Source: a virus. Taken from it: a stretch of 64,000 bases of DNA. The notes beneath the pieces were generated by a model, which did no database searches, was not told where the DNA came from, and saw only the letters and a program-made list of their open reading frames with translations. The stretch covers positions 130,022 through 194,021 of IMG/VR virus record IMGVR_UViG_3300022744_000001; one strand, written 5' to 3'. The number at the start of each line of letters is the position of its first letter. The first letter of the stretch is position 1. The translations under genes and the position numbers were made by a program. Positions 1-9,008 of this stretch are shown here, piece after piece.

Positions 1-121
1 ATCGGGCCGGACATTCGCTGACCCGTGGACGAGCCTTGCGACTGCCTCGTGACGGTTCTCCCAACCCCTGACGTCTCTCCGCAGGTGCGCGCTCAGATCA
101 TTCGAGACACGGCCGCCGTGG

Positions 122-418
122 TCACGGGGGCGTTGGCGAAGCTGAAGGCTTCCGAGCCCGACGTTCGAGCTTCTTGTACAGGCCGACGCCGATCGAGTGG
201 GCGGAGATGATCTCGTAGCGCCACCCCTTGTGCCGCGTGTAGAAGCGCAAGACGACCTGGTACTCCCAACCGTAGGTGTCGTCCTCTTCCGTATCTACGA
301 CCGCACGGACGTAGTATTTGCCCGGTTTGCCGGTACGGACGGGGTGCCCGTGGCCGATCTCGGGCCCAAGGAAGACGTCCCCGATTTCCGGGGGCGGTGG
401 ATTCTTGCTTATCGCCAT
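122..418 (-). CDS. hypothetical protein
   Basis: 98-aa ORF with protein-like composition at the start of a minus-strand block; no recognisable motif. Confidence 0.4.
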   Translation of the reverse strand: MAISKNPPPPEIGDVFLGPEIGHGHPVRTGKPGKYYVRAVVDTEEDDTYGWEYQVVLRFYTRHKGWRYEIISAHSIGVGLYKKLERRARKPSASPTPP

Positions 419-428
419 CGACCCGGGC

Positions 429-845
429 TTAGCCTTCTTTGGGGTACTTGGCGAGGAGGGCTTGCAGGTCGGCCAGGAGGGCGCGCTTGGTCGCGCTGTT
501 CAGGTGGCGGTAGCGAATGCCGTTCACTGCCTCGGAGGTGGCCTTGAGGTTCTGGTCGAGGCTGCGTTCCGTGTTCGCCTCAGCGATGTCGGCCCGGATG
601 TGGGGCAGGTCGGGGCGGTAGACCGTGTAGGAGAAGCCGCCCGCACCCTGGCTCACACGGCTCCCAGTGTCCTTCTTGAGGCGGATCCCGTTCGCGAGCA
701 CGATCTGGGTCGCGGTTGTGCGCTCGACCTTGATCTCTTGCAGGTTGCTGTAGTCGCGACCGTTGAAGGCCAGGAATACATCACCGGGCTTGGCGTTCTC
801 GCGAGCTTCGCGCTCGAGCTTCATATGGGTTTGAAAGTCGCTCAT
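429..845 (-). CDS. hypothetical protein
   Basis: Internal ATG (MSDFQTHMKLE...) chosen inside the 215-aa ORF; the upstream part is Pro/Ala/Arg low-complexity and looks like a high-GC artefact. Confidence 0.55.
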   Translation of the reverse strand: MSDFQTHMKLEREARENAKPGDVFLAFNGRDYSNLQEIKVERTTATQIVLANGIRLKKDTGSRVSQGAGGFSYTVYRPDLPHIRADIAEANTERSLDQNLKATSEAVNGIRYRHLNSATKRALLADLQALLAKYPKEG

Positions 846-1138
846 CGATCTCTCCTTACCCCGGTAACGTGCCAGGTCGAGCGTTTCTATACCGGCTCGG
901 TGTACTTGACCCGGTGCGTACTCGGTACCTTTTCCAGCTCCGCGAGAATGAGTTCGGGGAGCCCCAGCTTCGGGATACCAAGGCGGAGGCTCGGGAGCGG
1001 CTCGAGCGGGAGCGGCGGGCTGTAGATAGCCTCTTCGGGGAGTGCCCTGTCCAGGCCGTCTTTGAGCACATGACACAGCAGGCTGTCAGGACGATGCAGG
1101 AAGAGGAGGATCGTCGCTTCTTTGAGCTTGTGGGGGCC

Positions 1139-1390
1139 TTAGAGAGCGAAGAACTGGTCCCGGGTCATTCCCCGCTCGACCTCGTAGAAGCGGACCCAGG
1201 ACTCGAGTTCGGCCCGGGTCATGCTCCCTTGGCCTCGGCACCCTTCCCAGGCTCGAGCCGGGCACCCTTCGAACGTATGCTCGTGACAGCAACACGCACA
1301 CGGGGCTAGCTCGTGGAGCTTGTCCACGTCCCCAGCCCATAGGGCAGCTTTGAGTTCGCGATCGAAATCAGTCACGCTGGGGGCCTCCAA
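1139..1390 (-). CDS. hypothetical Cys-rich small protein
   Basis: 83-aa ORF with a CACCCHEH/CxxC cluster, in the same strand block. Confidence 0.4.
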   Translation of the reverse strand: MEAPSVTDFDRELKAALWAGDVDKLHELAPCACCCHEHTFEGCPARAWEGCRGQGSMTRAELESWVRFYEVERGMTRDQFFAL

Positions 1391-1701
1391 CCGGCTTTGA
1401 CCGCCTCATCCATCCAAGGGAGCCAAAGCAGGGCCTTCTCTGCCTCGCAGACCTCTTCGGCGGCTTTGCAGGCCGCAAGCCCATCGTTCGCTGTCCCCTC
1501 GAGCGTCTTTCTCTGGTGGCGGAAGTTGCAGACTTCCACCCGCCACTGGTACACACCGTCCTCGGTCTTTGACACTCTGGCCACGATCGAGGCGGGCCAG
1601 TGCTCCCACATTCGACACACCCAAGGGGAGTAGTTGAGCGCTTTGGCTCCCCATTCATACTTCGTCCCCTTGGGAGGGAAGTAGTCCAGAAAGCGGCTCA
1701 T
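1372..1701 (-). CDS. hypothetical protein
   Basis: 109-aa ORF with Trp/Cys-containing globular-like composition, overlaps neighbours by a few nt. Confidence 0.5.
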   Translation of the reverse strand: MSRFLDYFPPKGTKYEWGAKALNYSPWVCRMWEHWPASIVARVSKTEDGVYQWRVEVCNFRHQRKTLEGTANDGLAACKAAEEVCEAEKALLWLPWMDEAVKAGWRPPA

Positions 1702-1994
1702 TGGCTTCCCTTGGGTTTGATGCCAGACTCGGGCAGCTCGGCCGCGGCAATCACTCGCTTGTACCGTTCCAGGGTCTCCGCGGAGGGCGGGAAGATCTCC
1801 GGGTCACGAAGCCGCTCAATCTCCCGGACCGCCCAGGCAAGGAGGCGGGTGGGGACCGTCTTGGGGGGCTCTCTGCCATTCTCCCCAATGATGGGGCGCG
1901 TCCGCCTATCGAGGGCCCTTTTGCACTCCTCGAGCGTTGGTATGGAGCGGGCTTCCGGCCGCTTCCCGTAAACCATGCGCTTCTTCGCAGCCAT
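1698..1994 (-). CDS. hypothetical protein
   Basis: 98-aa ORF whose stop overlaps the downstream gene (operon-like). Confidence 0.5.
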   Translation of the reverse strand: MAAKKRMVYGKRPEARSIPTLEECKRALDRRTRPIIGENGREPPKTVPTRLLAWAVREIERLRDPEIFPPSAETLERYKRVIAAAELPESGIKPKGSQ

Positions 1995-2136
1995 GGAGCC
2001 GATTGTATCTCGAGCTTCTATGATTTTCCAAGGCGGATTCGATCGCAGCGTCTACCCTTGCCTTGGTTTGCGGGTCTGCGCTAAAGACCCTGCCTTCGTC
2101 CACCCATTTCAAACTCATGATGAAGGGCTACACCAC

Positions 2137-2388
2137 ATGACCGTCATGTTCCAGAGTAAAAGCCACGAGTTGCACCTTCCCAACGGGACCGCGGCTGAGC
2201 TTCTCACCCTGCTTGGGATCCCTGTGGGTATTGGCACGGAGGGCAAAGTCGAGACGGTCAAGGTTCGAGAGAGTTTGGAGGCCGCTCGCGCGAAAGCCTC
2301 GGGGGCGATGCTCGAATACCTCAAAGACCTCGAGCAAATCATCAGCGAAATCGAGACTCACGGCGGCACAGCTCTCGAGTGGTTCTAA
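2137..2388 (+). CDS. hypothetical protein
   Basis: Internal start (MTVMFQSK...) inside ORF 1975..2388; the C-terminus is helical and charged. Confidence 0.35.
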   Translation: MTVMFQSKSHELHLPNGTAAELLTLLGIPVGIGTEGKVETVKVRESLEAARAKASGAMLEYLKDLEQIISEIETHGGTALEWF

Positions 2389-2396
2389 GAAAACCG

Positions 2397-2419
2397 CCTT
2401 CCGGTGTAGGGAGGGCATG
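2397..2419 (+). promoter_or_regulatory. start-proximal promoter-like motif (class 1)
   Basis: CCGGTGTAGGGAGGGCATG ending at the start codon. Confidence 0.45.
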
Positions 2420-3019
2420 CTTTTCTATGACAATGGCGAGAAAATCGAGAAGCCACACGTCTTCCAGCTCTATGACAGCAGCAAAGTGATGGGGGAATAC
2501 CGTTCCTGCATCTGGCTGAATGCGGGTGACCATGACATCTGGATTCGGTTTCGGAACCCGGCGATGGAGCACTCGACGCAGTACGAGGGCCCGGAGTGGC
2601 GTCATCGGGTGACGCTCTCTCAGCGGACGCCGTACCCGTTGATGGTGCCCGAAAGGTGGGATCCGTTTCATGACGGGCAACGGGAGTGGGCAATCCATGG
2701 GGGGCTCAGCTCGTCGTCCATGGAGTACACGACTCCGCTCCTCGGCGGCGTGTGCAAGGTTTCCGCATACAGCAGCTCGGCGCTCAACGCTGTGTGGACG
2801 TCCCCGGGGATGAACTTTTCCATGGTCCCGAGTCAAGCCGGGCACCTGCGGGACATCTTGGTCACGACGTTCGACCAGATGCAAAAGCGCATCTTCGACT
2901 TCGCGGACTTGGTTCAGCAGAAGCGGAGCCCGGCTGCGAAGGTGGCTCTGGGCGGCAAGGTCGAATGCCCGACGCACAAGTACGCATACGACGCGGCCAA
3001 GGGCTGTCCCTGGTGTTGA
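2417..3019 (+). CDS. hypothetical protein, paralogue family A (C-terminal VEC..H..YDA.KGC..C motif)
   Basis: Start follows the CCGGTGTAGGGAGGGCATG motif; shares QYEGPEW and the C-terminal GKVECPTHKYAYDAAKGCPWC motif with the CDS at 25249..25812. Confidence 0.7.
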   Translation: MLFYDNGEKIEKPHVFQLYDSSKVMGEYRSCIWLNAGDHDIWIRFRNPAMEHSTQYEGPEWRHRVTLSQRTPYPLMVPERWDPFHDGQREWAIHGGLSSSSMEYTTPLLGGVCKVSAYSSSALNAVWTSPGMNFSMVPSQAGHLRDILVTTFDQMQKRIFDFADLVQQKRSPAAKVALGGKVECPTHKYAYDAAKGCPWC

Positions 3020-3027
3020 GGTAGGCC

Positions 3028-3213
3028 ATGAACAAGAAGACGAATGACGGGCCGAGTTTCGCCGTTACCAAGACCTGTGACGGTTGCAAGCACTTCGTGG
3101 AGAAGGATGCAAACGACCGTGACGGGGGCAAGATCGGCTACTGCGGGGCCTCCAACAACCAGGTCATCCCCGGTGGGGGCCTCATCACTCCCGCCTGGTG
3201 CCCGAAGAGCTAG
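3028..3213 (+). CDS. small Cys-rich protein
   Basis: 61-aa ORF with CDGC...YCG...WCP (a 4-Cys zinc-ribbon-like pattern). Confidence 0.45.
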   Translation: MNKKTNDGPSFAVTKTCDGCKHFVEKDANDRDGGKIGYCGASNNQVIPGGGLITPAWCPKS

Positions 3214-3494
3214 TTCGCTGCTGCGTTCCCTCGGGCGAGGCGACATTCCGTGTTCCGGTACTGGCAGCCTACGTCCTTGTTCACGGGGCACTCGAGGGCG
3301 ACCAGGGTGTCGTCCACCTTGGCTGTGCACGAGACGTACCCGTTCTGGTCCGTGTCGAATTCCTGGCAGCGAGCCGTGATGTGGGTAGCGTCCGGGTAGA
3401 ACGTCTTGGCCCAGTCGATGGCGTCCGCGTTGCCCACGTGCCGTGCAAAGCATGCGGTGGCGAGAACGATTGTGCAGAGAAGCAGTTGTTTCAT
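3210..3494 (-). CDS. secreted Cys-rich small protein (signal peptide/lipobox-like LATAC)
   Basis: N-terminal MKQLLLCTIVLATAC signal; the D.D..GYVSC...LEC...GC pattern is shared with 38843..39157. Confidence 0.6.
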   Translation of the reverse strand: MKQLLLCTIVLATACFARHVGNADAIDWAKTFYPDATHITARCQEFDTDQNGYVSCTAKVDDTLVALECPVNKDVGCQYRNTECRLARGNAAAN

Positions 3495-3551
3495 GCTTCC
3501 AAGTACACCGGACGCAAACTTTTGCCGGAGGTTTGCGGTGTAATCGATTTC

Positions 3552-4427
3552 ATGTCTCACGAGAAAATCATCGAACTTGGGGCGCAGATTTCAACGCTCC
3601 AACAACAAATCAAGGGTTTGGCGGAGGCCAACAAAAAACGGGACACTCTTGCAGCTGAGGTGTCCCGTCTTGAGGGGGAGGTTGAGAGTCTGGGAAAGTT
3701 GTTGCAGGCAGCTCGGGAGCAGTTGGACAAGTTGGGTCCGCGAGTGGACGGGCAGAAGTTGGTGTTGGAGCTGTCGAGGAAGGAAAGCGAGCTGAAGCGC
3801 CTCATTACCCCTCAACCCATCACTTACTACGAGGCTATCCACGCGGTCATCGAGGACCTTACATCTGTTGGTTATACCCGGCAGGGGGGTTTGAGGTACG
3901 CCTATTTCGCGGGTAGGCCCGGAGAGAAAATCCTTGGTCAAACCTTCGACCAGATGCGTCGTGATGGGTGGCTTATTCGGAGCGCTATCAGGGGGCGTTA
4001 CATTTTTGGTTCAGCTCGTAGCGCTCCGGACATTCAAGCCATACTGGCACGCGTTGTTAGGGCCTACCCTTCGAGTCTTACTTTCGAGGACTACCGGGAG
4101 CAGTGGTACTCAGTGGCTTTTCTAGCTGAACTGGGTTACCTCACGGTTTCGGAGGCGGACCGGATCGTTAGTATGCCCCCGAAATCGTTTACCCGTTTGC
4201 TGCATGAGCTGCATGGCATGGATCTTCAGCAGGCGGCCAAGCATTTCGAGACGTGCTTGATCTCGTCGGGTGAATACGACTTTGTCCTTTTTGGGGCACC
4301 TGTTGCGCGGGAACTATTCGCCAAGGTCCAAAGCTCTCCTCGCGCAATTGGAGTACACCCCTACTCGCTTGTGGAGGGCAAGCTTTGCCGCAATGCCCCA
4401 CAGCCCCAGGCAGTGACGGTCGGTTAG
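3552..4427 (+). CDS. coiled-coil protein, hypothetical
   Basis: GGTGTAATCGATTTCATG motif at the start; N-terminal heptad-rich segment then a globular C-terminal domain. Confidence 0.7.
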   Translation: MSHEKIIELGAQISTLQQQIKGLAEANKKRDTLAAEVSRLEGEVESLGKLLQAAREQLDKLGPRVDGQKLVLELSRKESELKRLITPQPITYYEAIHAVIEDLTSVGYTRQGGLRYAYFAGRPGEKILGQTFDQMRRDGWLIRSAIRGRYIFGSARSAPDIQAILARVVRAYPSSLTFEDYREQWYSVAFLAELGYLTVSEADRIVSMPPKSFTRLLHELHGMDLQQAAKHFETCLISSGEYDFVLFGAPVARELFAKVQSSPRAIGVHPYSLVEGKLCRNAPQPQAVTVG

Positions 4428-4444
4428 CCGGTGTATCTGAGGGC

Positions 4445-5107
4445 ATGTCGAAGATCTATTTTGATCCGAAAACCATCATGAAAATGGGTCGAGTCGGAGT
4501 CAGCGTCAAGTTCGCTTCGCACGAGATGAAGCAAATCGTGCAGGTGGCTTTGAACCGACACAAATCTCAACGAGGGGCGAACCGACACGACCACAGTGTC
4601 AAAAGCAACGAGGGGGTCAAGAACGACCTTATCGGTGCGTTGGGGGAGGTCGCGGTTCGTGATGCGTTTGACTTCAAGGAAGCGGACCACATCACGGTCC
4701 TTCCCATTCCTCAGTGGGAGGCGATGCGGCGGGAGAAGAACCTGACCGACGTGGGCGGTTTCGAGGTGCGCTCGGTGGGTCGTGACCCAGAAGGGAGCCA
4801 GAAGACGAGCCTCATCGCGAAGCAGGACACGGATGCAGGCAAGAAGGACGTCATCTTTGTTCTGGCTGTACCCACGAAGACCTGGGGCCTTTTTGACTCC
4901 ACGGTTTTGGTCATGGGTTGGGCTTATGGTCGGGAGATCATGGTTCCGGAGTACATGGAGTTGAACGTTGACCGCCCAAACTATTTCATGCCCTTGGGTG
5001 ACACACGGTCGATCGAGTCGCTCTATGAGCTTCAGGGTAAGCCGTTCCCCAAGACCTTGCTCGAACAGGACGAAGAGAACTACCGCGACTTGAATCTCGC
5101 CGTGTAG
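4445..5107 (+). CDS. hypothetical protein
   Basis: CCGGTGTATCTGAGGGCATG motif at the start; 220 aa with coherent composition. Confidence 0.7.
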   Translation: MSKIYFDPKTIMKMGRVGVSVKFASHEMKQIVQVALNRHKSQRGANRHDHSVKSNEGVKNDLIGALGEVAVRDAFDFKEADHITVLPIPQWEAMRREKNLTDVGGFEVRSVGRDPEGSQKTSLIAKQDTDAGKKDVIFVLAVPTKTWGLFDSTVLVMGWAYGREIMVPEYMELNVDRPNYFMPLGDTRSIESLYELQGKPFPKTLLEQDEENYRDLNLAV

Positions 5108-5108
5108 A

Positions 5109-5471
5109 TCAGGCGGGCTTGATCTTCCGCCCGTTCTTGTGCTTGACCTCGACCTTGATCGTGATGTCGTCGTCAACCTTGAGGATCACCGGGATTGCCA
5201 GTTTGGTCAGGAAACTCTTGTTGACACCCGCGGGCTTCACCTTCACCGGTTTCCGAAACTGCTGTTTGAGGAGCCCCTCGACGATGTCGATGGGGGTTTT
5301 GCCCTTTGGCACCACGCCCCAAACCGAGTCGATATCGTTGCCGTCAACTTCAACGCGAAGGTCAAACTCCGCGGGCTCGGTGAGGTCGATTTTCTCGGCG
5401 GTGGGCAGGTCAGCTGCGGCGGCCACACGGAGGATCATTTCGGCGTCGTTGGGCATGACTACCTCTCGCAC
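5109..5471 (-). CDS. hypothetical protein
   Basis: 120-aa ORF; the start could instead be at MPNDAEM (5456). Confidence 0.55.
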   Translation of the reverse strand: MREVVMPNDAEMILRVAAAADLPTAEKIDLTEPAEFDLRVEVDGNDIDSVWGVVPKGKTPIDIVEGLLKQQFRKPVKVKPAGVNKSFLTKLAIPVILKVDDDITIKVEVKHKNGRKIKPA

Positions 5472-5480
5472 AAAAAGATT

Positions 5481-5663
5481 TTAGGGCCCCAGTTTGTACC
5501 GCTCCTTCTCAGCGGCGAGCATGGTATCGGCGACCCGTTCTGCTTCCTGTGGAGTGCTCCCCCGCGAAAGAGCAGCGATGGCGTAGGCACGCCACCCCTC
5601 GGCATCCAATGCGGTTTTGATCTCGACACGAGGCGGGGCAATTTGGGCACGAGTTCCATTCAT
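5481..5663 (-). CDS. small hypothetical protein
   Basis: 60-aa ORF between two minus-strand genes. Confidence 0.3.
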   Translation of the reverse strand: MNGTRAQIAPPRVEIKTALDAEGWRAYAIAALSRGSTPQEAERVADTMLAAEKERYKLGP

Positions 5664-5679
5664 GGGGATGGGTACACCA

Positions 5680-6411
5680 TCACCACAAGTGCTCGCTGAT
5701 CAAGATGCCGGGTTCCATAGTTTCTGGAACCTGACCGGCCGCGTGGGCGACGTCCCAAGCCTCGCGGCGGCCGACAAACTGGTCGTAGTTGGTCAAGAAG
5801 CCTTGCACGTGGTTCTCGACTCTATCGCGACCAAGGGTCTTGATTGCGTGAAGGATGACTTCGTCGTGTCGAGCCGGGGCAGGGAGGGCCCAGACGGTCC
5901 CGTCGGCGGTGCGGATTGCGGCGGCGGTTACCCGGGGTTGGGCTCGTCGAAACTGATGCTCCTCTTCGTTGTGGTCGAGCTTGCCGAGCTTGGCCAAACT
6001 AACGAGCGTTTTGTGCAGGAAGTTCCCCACTGGGTTGTTCGTCCACATGACCCCTTTGTGCTTGATGAAGGACTCTTGCCCGGGCTCCCACAAGCCGAGG
6101 GCGACCCCCAACTGGTGCTCGACACAGTCCCAGTCATCCCAGGTCTTGCTCACGGTCTCGAGAAAGGACTCTGTGGCCTTCGGTTTGATTCGGGCGGCTT
6201 TGAGCTTGTCCCGCTCGTACTCGATGACCAGTTTGGCATCACGTAGCCCCATGTTGTACGAGATGAAGGGCTGGCCGTTTACCACGCTCGTCACCTCGAC
6301 CTCGCCGCTACGTTTGCGGTAGGACTTGATGGCGGGAATCAACTGATTTTCGAGGATGAAGGTGCGCTCTTCATCGTTGATTGGCGGGAAATCATCGCGA
6401 TTGAACGTCAT
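5680..6411 (-). CDS. hypothetical protein
   Basis: Start at MTFNRDD gives a 4-nt overlap with the upstream gene's stop; 243 aa. Confidence 0.65.
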   Translation of the reverse strand: MTFNRDDFPPINDEERTFILENQLIPAIKSYRKRSGEVEVTSVVNGQPFISYNMGLRDAKLVIEYERDKLKAARIKPKATESFLETVSKTWDDWDCVEHQLGVALGLWEPGQESFIKHKGVMWTNNPVGNFLHKTLVSLAKLGKLDHNEEEHQFRRAQPRVTAAAIRTADGTVWALPAPARHDEVILHAIKTLGRDRVENHVQGFLTNYDQFVGRREAWDVAHAAGQVPETMEPGILISEHLW

Positions 6412-6890
6412 GGCTTGAACCCTTCCCAATCAACTTCATTCGAATAAACGAGGCGACCTTGCGAGGTATAGTTTACGTCGTGATGGTTGTCGTTCGCATG
6501 AAACCATTGGAGCGCCAGCGTGCGCTCGGGGCCTTCCAAGAGCAAACCGTGTGAAGCTAGTTCGCATCGAATCTCAGACCAATGCACAGTGCCGGGCTTG
6601 CAAGGCTTGTGCACGTACACGACACCATCAAACTCGCTTGTGACCCCCATCGTGTGCTCCTTGTGCTGGTGGAGCCACTCCAAGTGGATGGGCCCGATGC
6701 CATGGGCTTGGAGGCCGAGGTAGAAGTTCCCCTCCTCGAGCAGCTCCTTCAACGCGAGCAGGTCCGGCAAGTGGTTGAGAAGGAACTTCATCGAACCACA
6801 CCCGTTGTCCACGCCCCTCATGGGGCAGGTTTCAGCGCACGTTACGCAGTAGAGGTAGTGGTTGTGCCTTTTGTTTTCGGCCCGCGTCAT
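6408..6890 (-). CDS. hypothetical His/Cys-rich protein
   Basis: 160 aa with an N-terminal CxxCxxxC and a HLEWLHQHKEH His cluster (possible metal site). Confidence 0.6.
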   Translation of the reverse strand: MTRAENKRHNHYLYCVTCAETCPMRGVDNGCGSMKFLLNHLPDLLALKELLEEGNFYLGLQAHGIGPIHLEWLHQHKEHTMGVTSEFDGVVYVHKPCKPGTVHWSEIRCELASHGLLLEGPERTLALQWFHANDNHHDVNYTSQGRLVYSNEVDWEGFKP

Positions 6891-6925
6891 GGTTCCGACT
6901 ACACCACTTCGGTGTCATGTGGGGC

Positions 6926-7225
6926 ATGGCCAAGCCGATCACTCCAAAGGAAGTTCAGGACCTCAAGAACGCAACCTTTCCTGATGAGGTAATCGAGGTT
7001 TTCAACGAGTTGATCGTGGAAAACTGGGATGGGCACAGCGCCACCATCAAGCAAGATGTGGCGGCAGGGCGGATTGCCAAGCGGATGAAGATCACGCGAG
7101 CCAAGGTTTTTGACCGAAGCCTTCTCGACATAGAAGACGTGTTTCAAAAGGCAGGCTGGAAAGTCGATTACGACAAGCCTGGGTACAACGAAACCTACGA
7201 CGCATTTTTCCGATTCACGAAATGA
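6926..7225 (+). CDS. hypothetical protein
   Basis: TTCGGTGTCATGTGGGGCATG motif at the start; 99 aa. Confidence 0.65.
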   Translation: MAKPITPKEVQDLKNATFPDEVIEVFNELIVENWDGHSATIKQDVAAGRIAKRMKITRAKVFDRSLLDIEDVFQKAGWKVDYDKPGYNETYDAFFRFTK

Positions 7226-7252
7226 ACCCGGTGACCAGGTGTTAACCTCGGC

Positions 7253-7453
7253 ATGGACGACGGTGCAAAGGTCATTCTAGCCATTGTGCTCATGATTTTG
7301 GTGGGTGTTGCCTGCTGCTATGATCGCGCGCAGAACGAACAGGTGGAAAAGGCTTGTGTTCAGAAGCATTGCGCGGACGGGTCACACCCTGAGTGGTATC
7401 AGCCGTACAGGAGCCGGGGAATCTGCATTTGCCCGGGCGTTCTTGAGCCTTGA
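7253..7453 (+). CDS. small membrane/Cys-rich protein
   Basis: One transmembrane segment followed by a CC...C..HC...CIC cluster. Confidence 0.4.
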   Translation: MDDGAKVILAIVLMILVGVACCYDRAQNEQVEKACVQKHCADGSHPEWYQPYRSRGICICPGVLEP

Positions 7454-7470
7454 GGTGTACTAGGGGCATG
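7448..7470 (+). promoter_or_regulatory. start-proximal promoter-like motif (class 1)
   Basis: GAGGTGTACTAGGGGCATG; identical 19-mer core to the one at 35833..35853. Confidence 0.45.
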
Positions 7471-7746
7471 AGGAAACTTCTGCTCTTGCTCTCCCTCACT
7501 GCTTGCGCGGTAGACCCCGTAGAAACCAGGATCACGAGCAACCCGAACGTATCGGTTGCTCTGCTCTTCGAACATGAAGGGTGCCGGGTCTACCGGTTCT
7601 ATGACAACGGGGCGTCGCGTTACTACGCCAAGTGCCAGGGCGGGACTGCGACGGTCATGCATCAGGTCCAGAGTGGAGAGAACAACACGCGACCGGAGGA
7701 AATCACCACGGTCAACGTGGTGCCCCCGCATCAGGACGAGCCATGA
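7468..7746 (+). CDS. putative lipoprotein
   Basis: GAGGTGTACTAGGGGCATG motif; N-terminal MRKLLLLLSLTAC signal with lipobox. Confidence 0.6.
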   Translation: MRKLLLLLSLTACAVDPVETRITSNPNVSVALLFEHEGCRVYRFYDNGASRYYAKCQGGTATVMHQVQSGENNTRPEEITTVNVVPPHQDEP

Positions 7747-7958
7747 AGATTGGGGACAAGGTCTCGGCGACCCTCACGGTCACCGTGGACAGCGGCCCTA
7801 TCGGCGACTCCATTGCGGAGGAAACCTACGAAGGGATCGTCACGCAAACGGGTCGGGCCAAGTGCTTCATCGAGATCATGAAGGGGCCGAAAGACGGCGT
7901 TTACATGGTCGGTGAGGTTGGCGGTTTCGAAATGTCCCGCGTTCGCTTACGGAAGTGA
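7743..7958 (+). CDS. small hypothetical protein
   Basis: Start overlaps the previous stop (ATGA); 71 aa. Confidence 0.5.
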   Translation: MKIGDKVSATLTVTVDSGPIGDSIAEETYEGIVTQTGRAKCFIEIMKGPKDGVYMVGEVGGFEMSRVRLRK

Positions 7959-7977
7959 CTTCCGGTGTAAGCGGGGC

Positions 7978-8547
7978 ATGGATTTCAACGGCTACAAGCT
8001 GACTCGCTCCGACGCTCCCTCATGCTGGAGCAAGGGCGGGAACGGGCACCTGGTGCTCCCTCTCACGGGAGAGCATTTCGTTCGGCTCATCCACTACACG
8101 GACTGCCCGTTCCCGCATCTCGAGGTTTGCGGCCTTGGGGGCGAGGTTCTTGGCTGGTGCCGGATCGGCAAGGATGCGGTCGCTTGGGACAAGGCCCAAC
8201 GGTTGGTTGAGCTTCGGCTCTCTCGTGGAGATGGGCCTCGGGACCTGGCCAACTGGCTCGACGCGTTTCGTGTCCAAGACAGGCGGCCGAGCGATACCCC
8301 AAACGATTTGGTTCGAATTCGCCAGACGGTCGAATCTGTGCTGGGGTCGATGCACTACCTGGTCAAGGCAGTCAAGGACGCAGAAGTCGTCGTCGAATCG
8401 GTGGGGAGAAGGCTGAGCGACGTCACCACAATCAACGTGCACCTGGGCAACTTGAAGTCAAAGGTGTCCCGGTTGCGCGACCTCACCGGGGCGGCTGACT
8501 ATGTGGATCTGGAAGAGAAGCCGCCGACCCAGCCTGACCTTGCGTAG
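7978..8547 (+). CDS. hypothetical protein
   Basis: CCGGTGTAAGCGGGGCATG motif at the start; 189 aa. Confidence 0.65.
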   Translation: MDFNGYKLTRSDAPSCWSKGGNGHLVLPLTGEHFVRLIHYTDCPFPHLEVCGLGGEVLGWCRIGKDAVAWDKAQRLVELRLSRGDGPRDLANWLDAFRVQDRRPSDTPNDLVRIRQTVESVLGSMHYLVKAVKDAEVVVESVGRRLSDVTTINVHLGNLKSKVSRLRDLTGAADYVDLEEKPPTQPDLA

Positions 8548-8728
8548 CTGCCCAAGCACGAACATCGTCGATGGCTGCTTCCACGTGCCCTTGGGCGGCC
8601 CTCAAGTGGGCTTTGAACCCCTCTTCGGTTTCAGCTCCCTCCGCTGCCTGAATGCTTTCGCGGATCTTCTCAACCTTTTCCAGGATGAGATCGCACAGGG
8701 TGCCCTTTGGGGCCGTTGAATTCTCCAT
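8483..8728 (-). CDS. small hypothetical protein
   Basis: Internal start MENSTAP...; helical and charged. Its start sits only a few nt from the start of the divergent RHH gene. Confidence 0.3.
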   Translation of the reverse strand: MENSTAPKGTLCDLILEKVEKIRESIQAAEGAETEEGFKAHLRAAQGHVEAAIDDVRAWAATQGQAGSAASLPDPHSQPPR

Positions 8729-8731
8729 GGT

Positions 8732-8965
8732 TTGTCGCATACCATGGTGGCTATGGCGCGACAACCCACAGCAGTACGGGCAGAAACCCTTTTCAAACCC
8801 TCCGTGCACCGTCGATTCAAGGCGGCGGCCAAGCGCCACAACATCTCGGTGGCTGAGGCTCTTCGGTGCGCGGCCGAGCACTGGTTGCTGTTGGACGAGG
8901 TGGAGCACGAGGACGCCCAGCAACAGGCCCGTTATGTGCGGGCCAGGGAACGGAAGCGGAAGTGA
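8732..8965 (+). CDS. ribbon-helix-helix (CopG/Arc-like) DNA-binding protein
   Basis: KPSVHRRFKAAAKRHNISVAEALRCAAEHWL fits the beta-strand/helix/helix RHH pattern. Confidence 0.55.
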   Translation: MSHTMVAMARQPTAVRAETLFKPSVHRRFKAAAKRHNISVAEALRCAAEHWLLLDEVEHEDAQQQARYVRARERKRK

Positions 8966-9008
8966 CCTTCCCCGAGCTGGCCCTAAACCACTTGTAGGTG
9001 GTGTCGGT

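Noticed and set aside
318-1309. Plus-strand ORFs of 235 and 146 aa at the left edge
   Set aside because: Ala/Gly/Leu/Arg-rich frames antisense to the minus-strand gene block; no start-site signals.
8310-8330. GGTTCGAATTC resembling a tRNA T-arm
   Set aside because: Lies inside a CDS with no surrounding cloverleaf-compatible sequence; no tRNA genes could be supported anywhere in the window.
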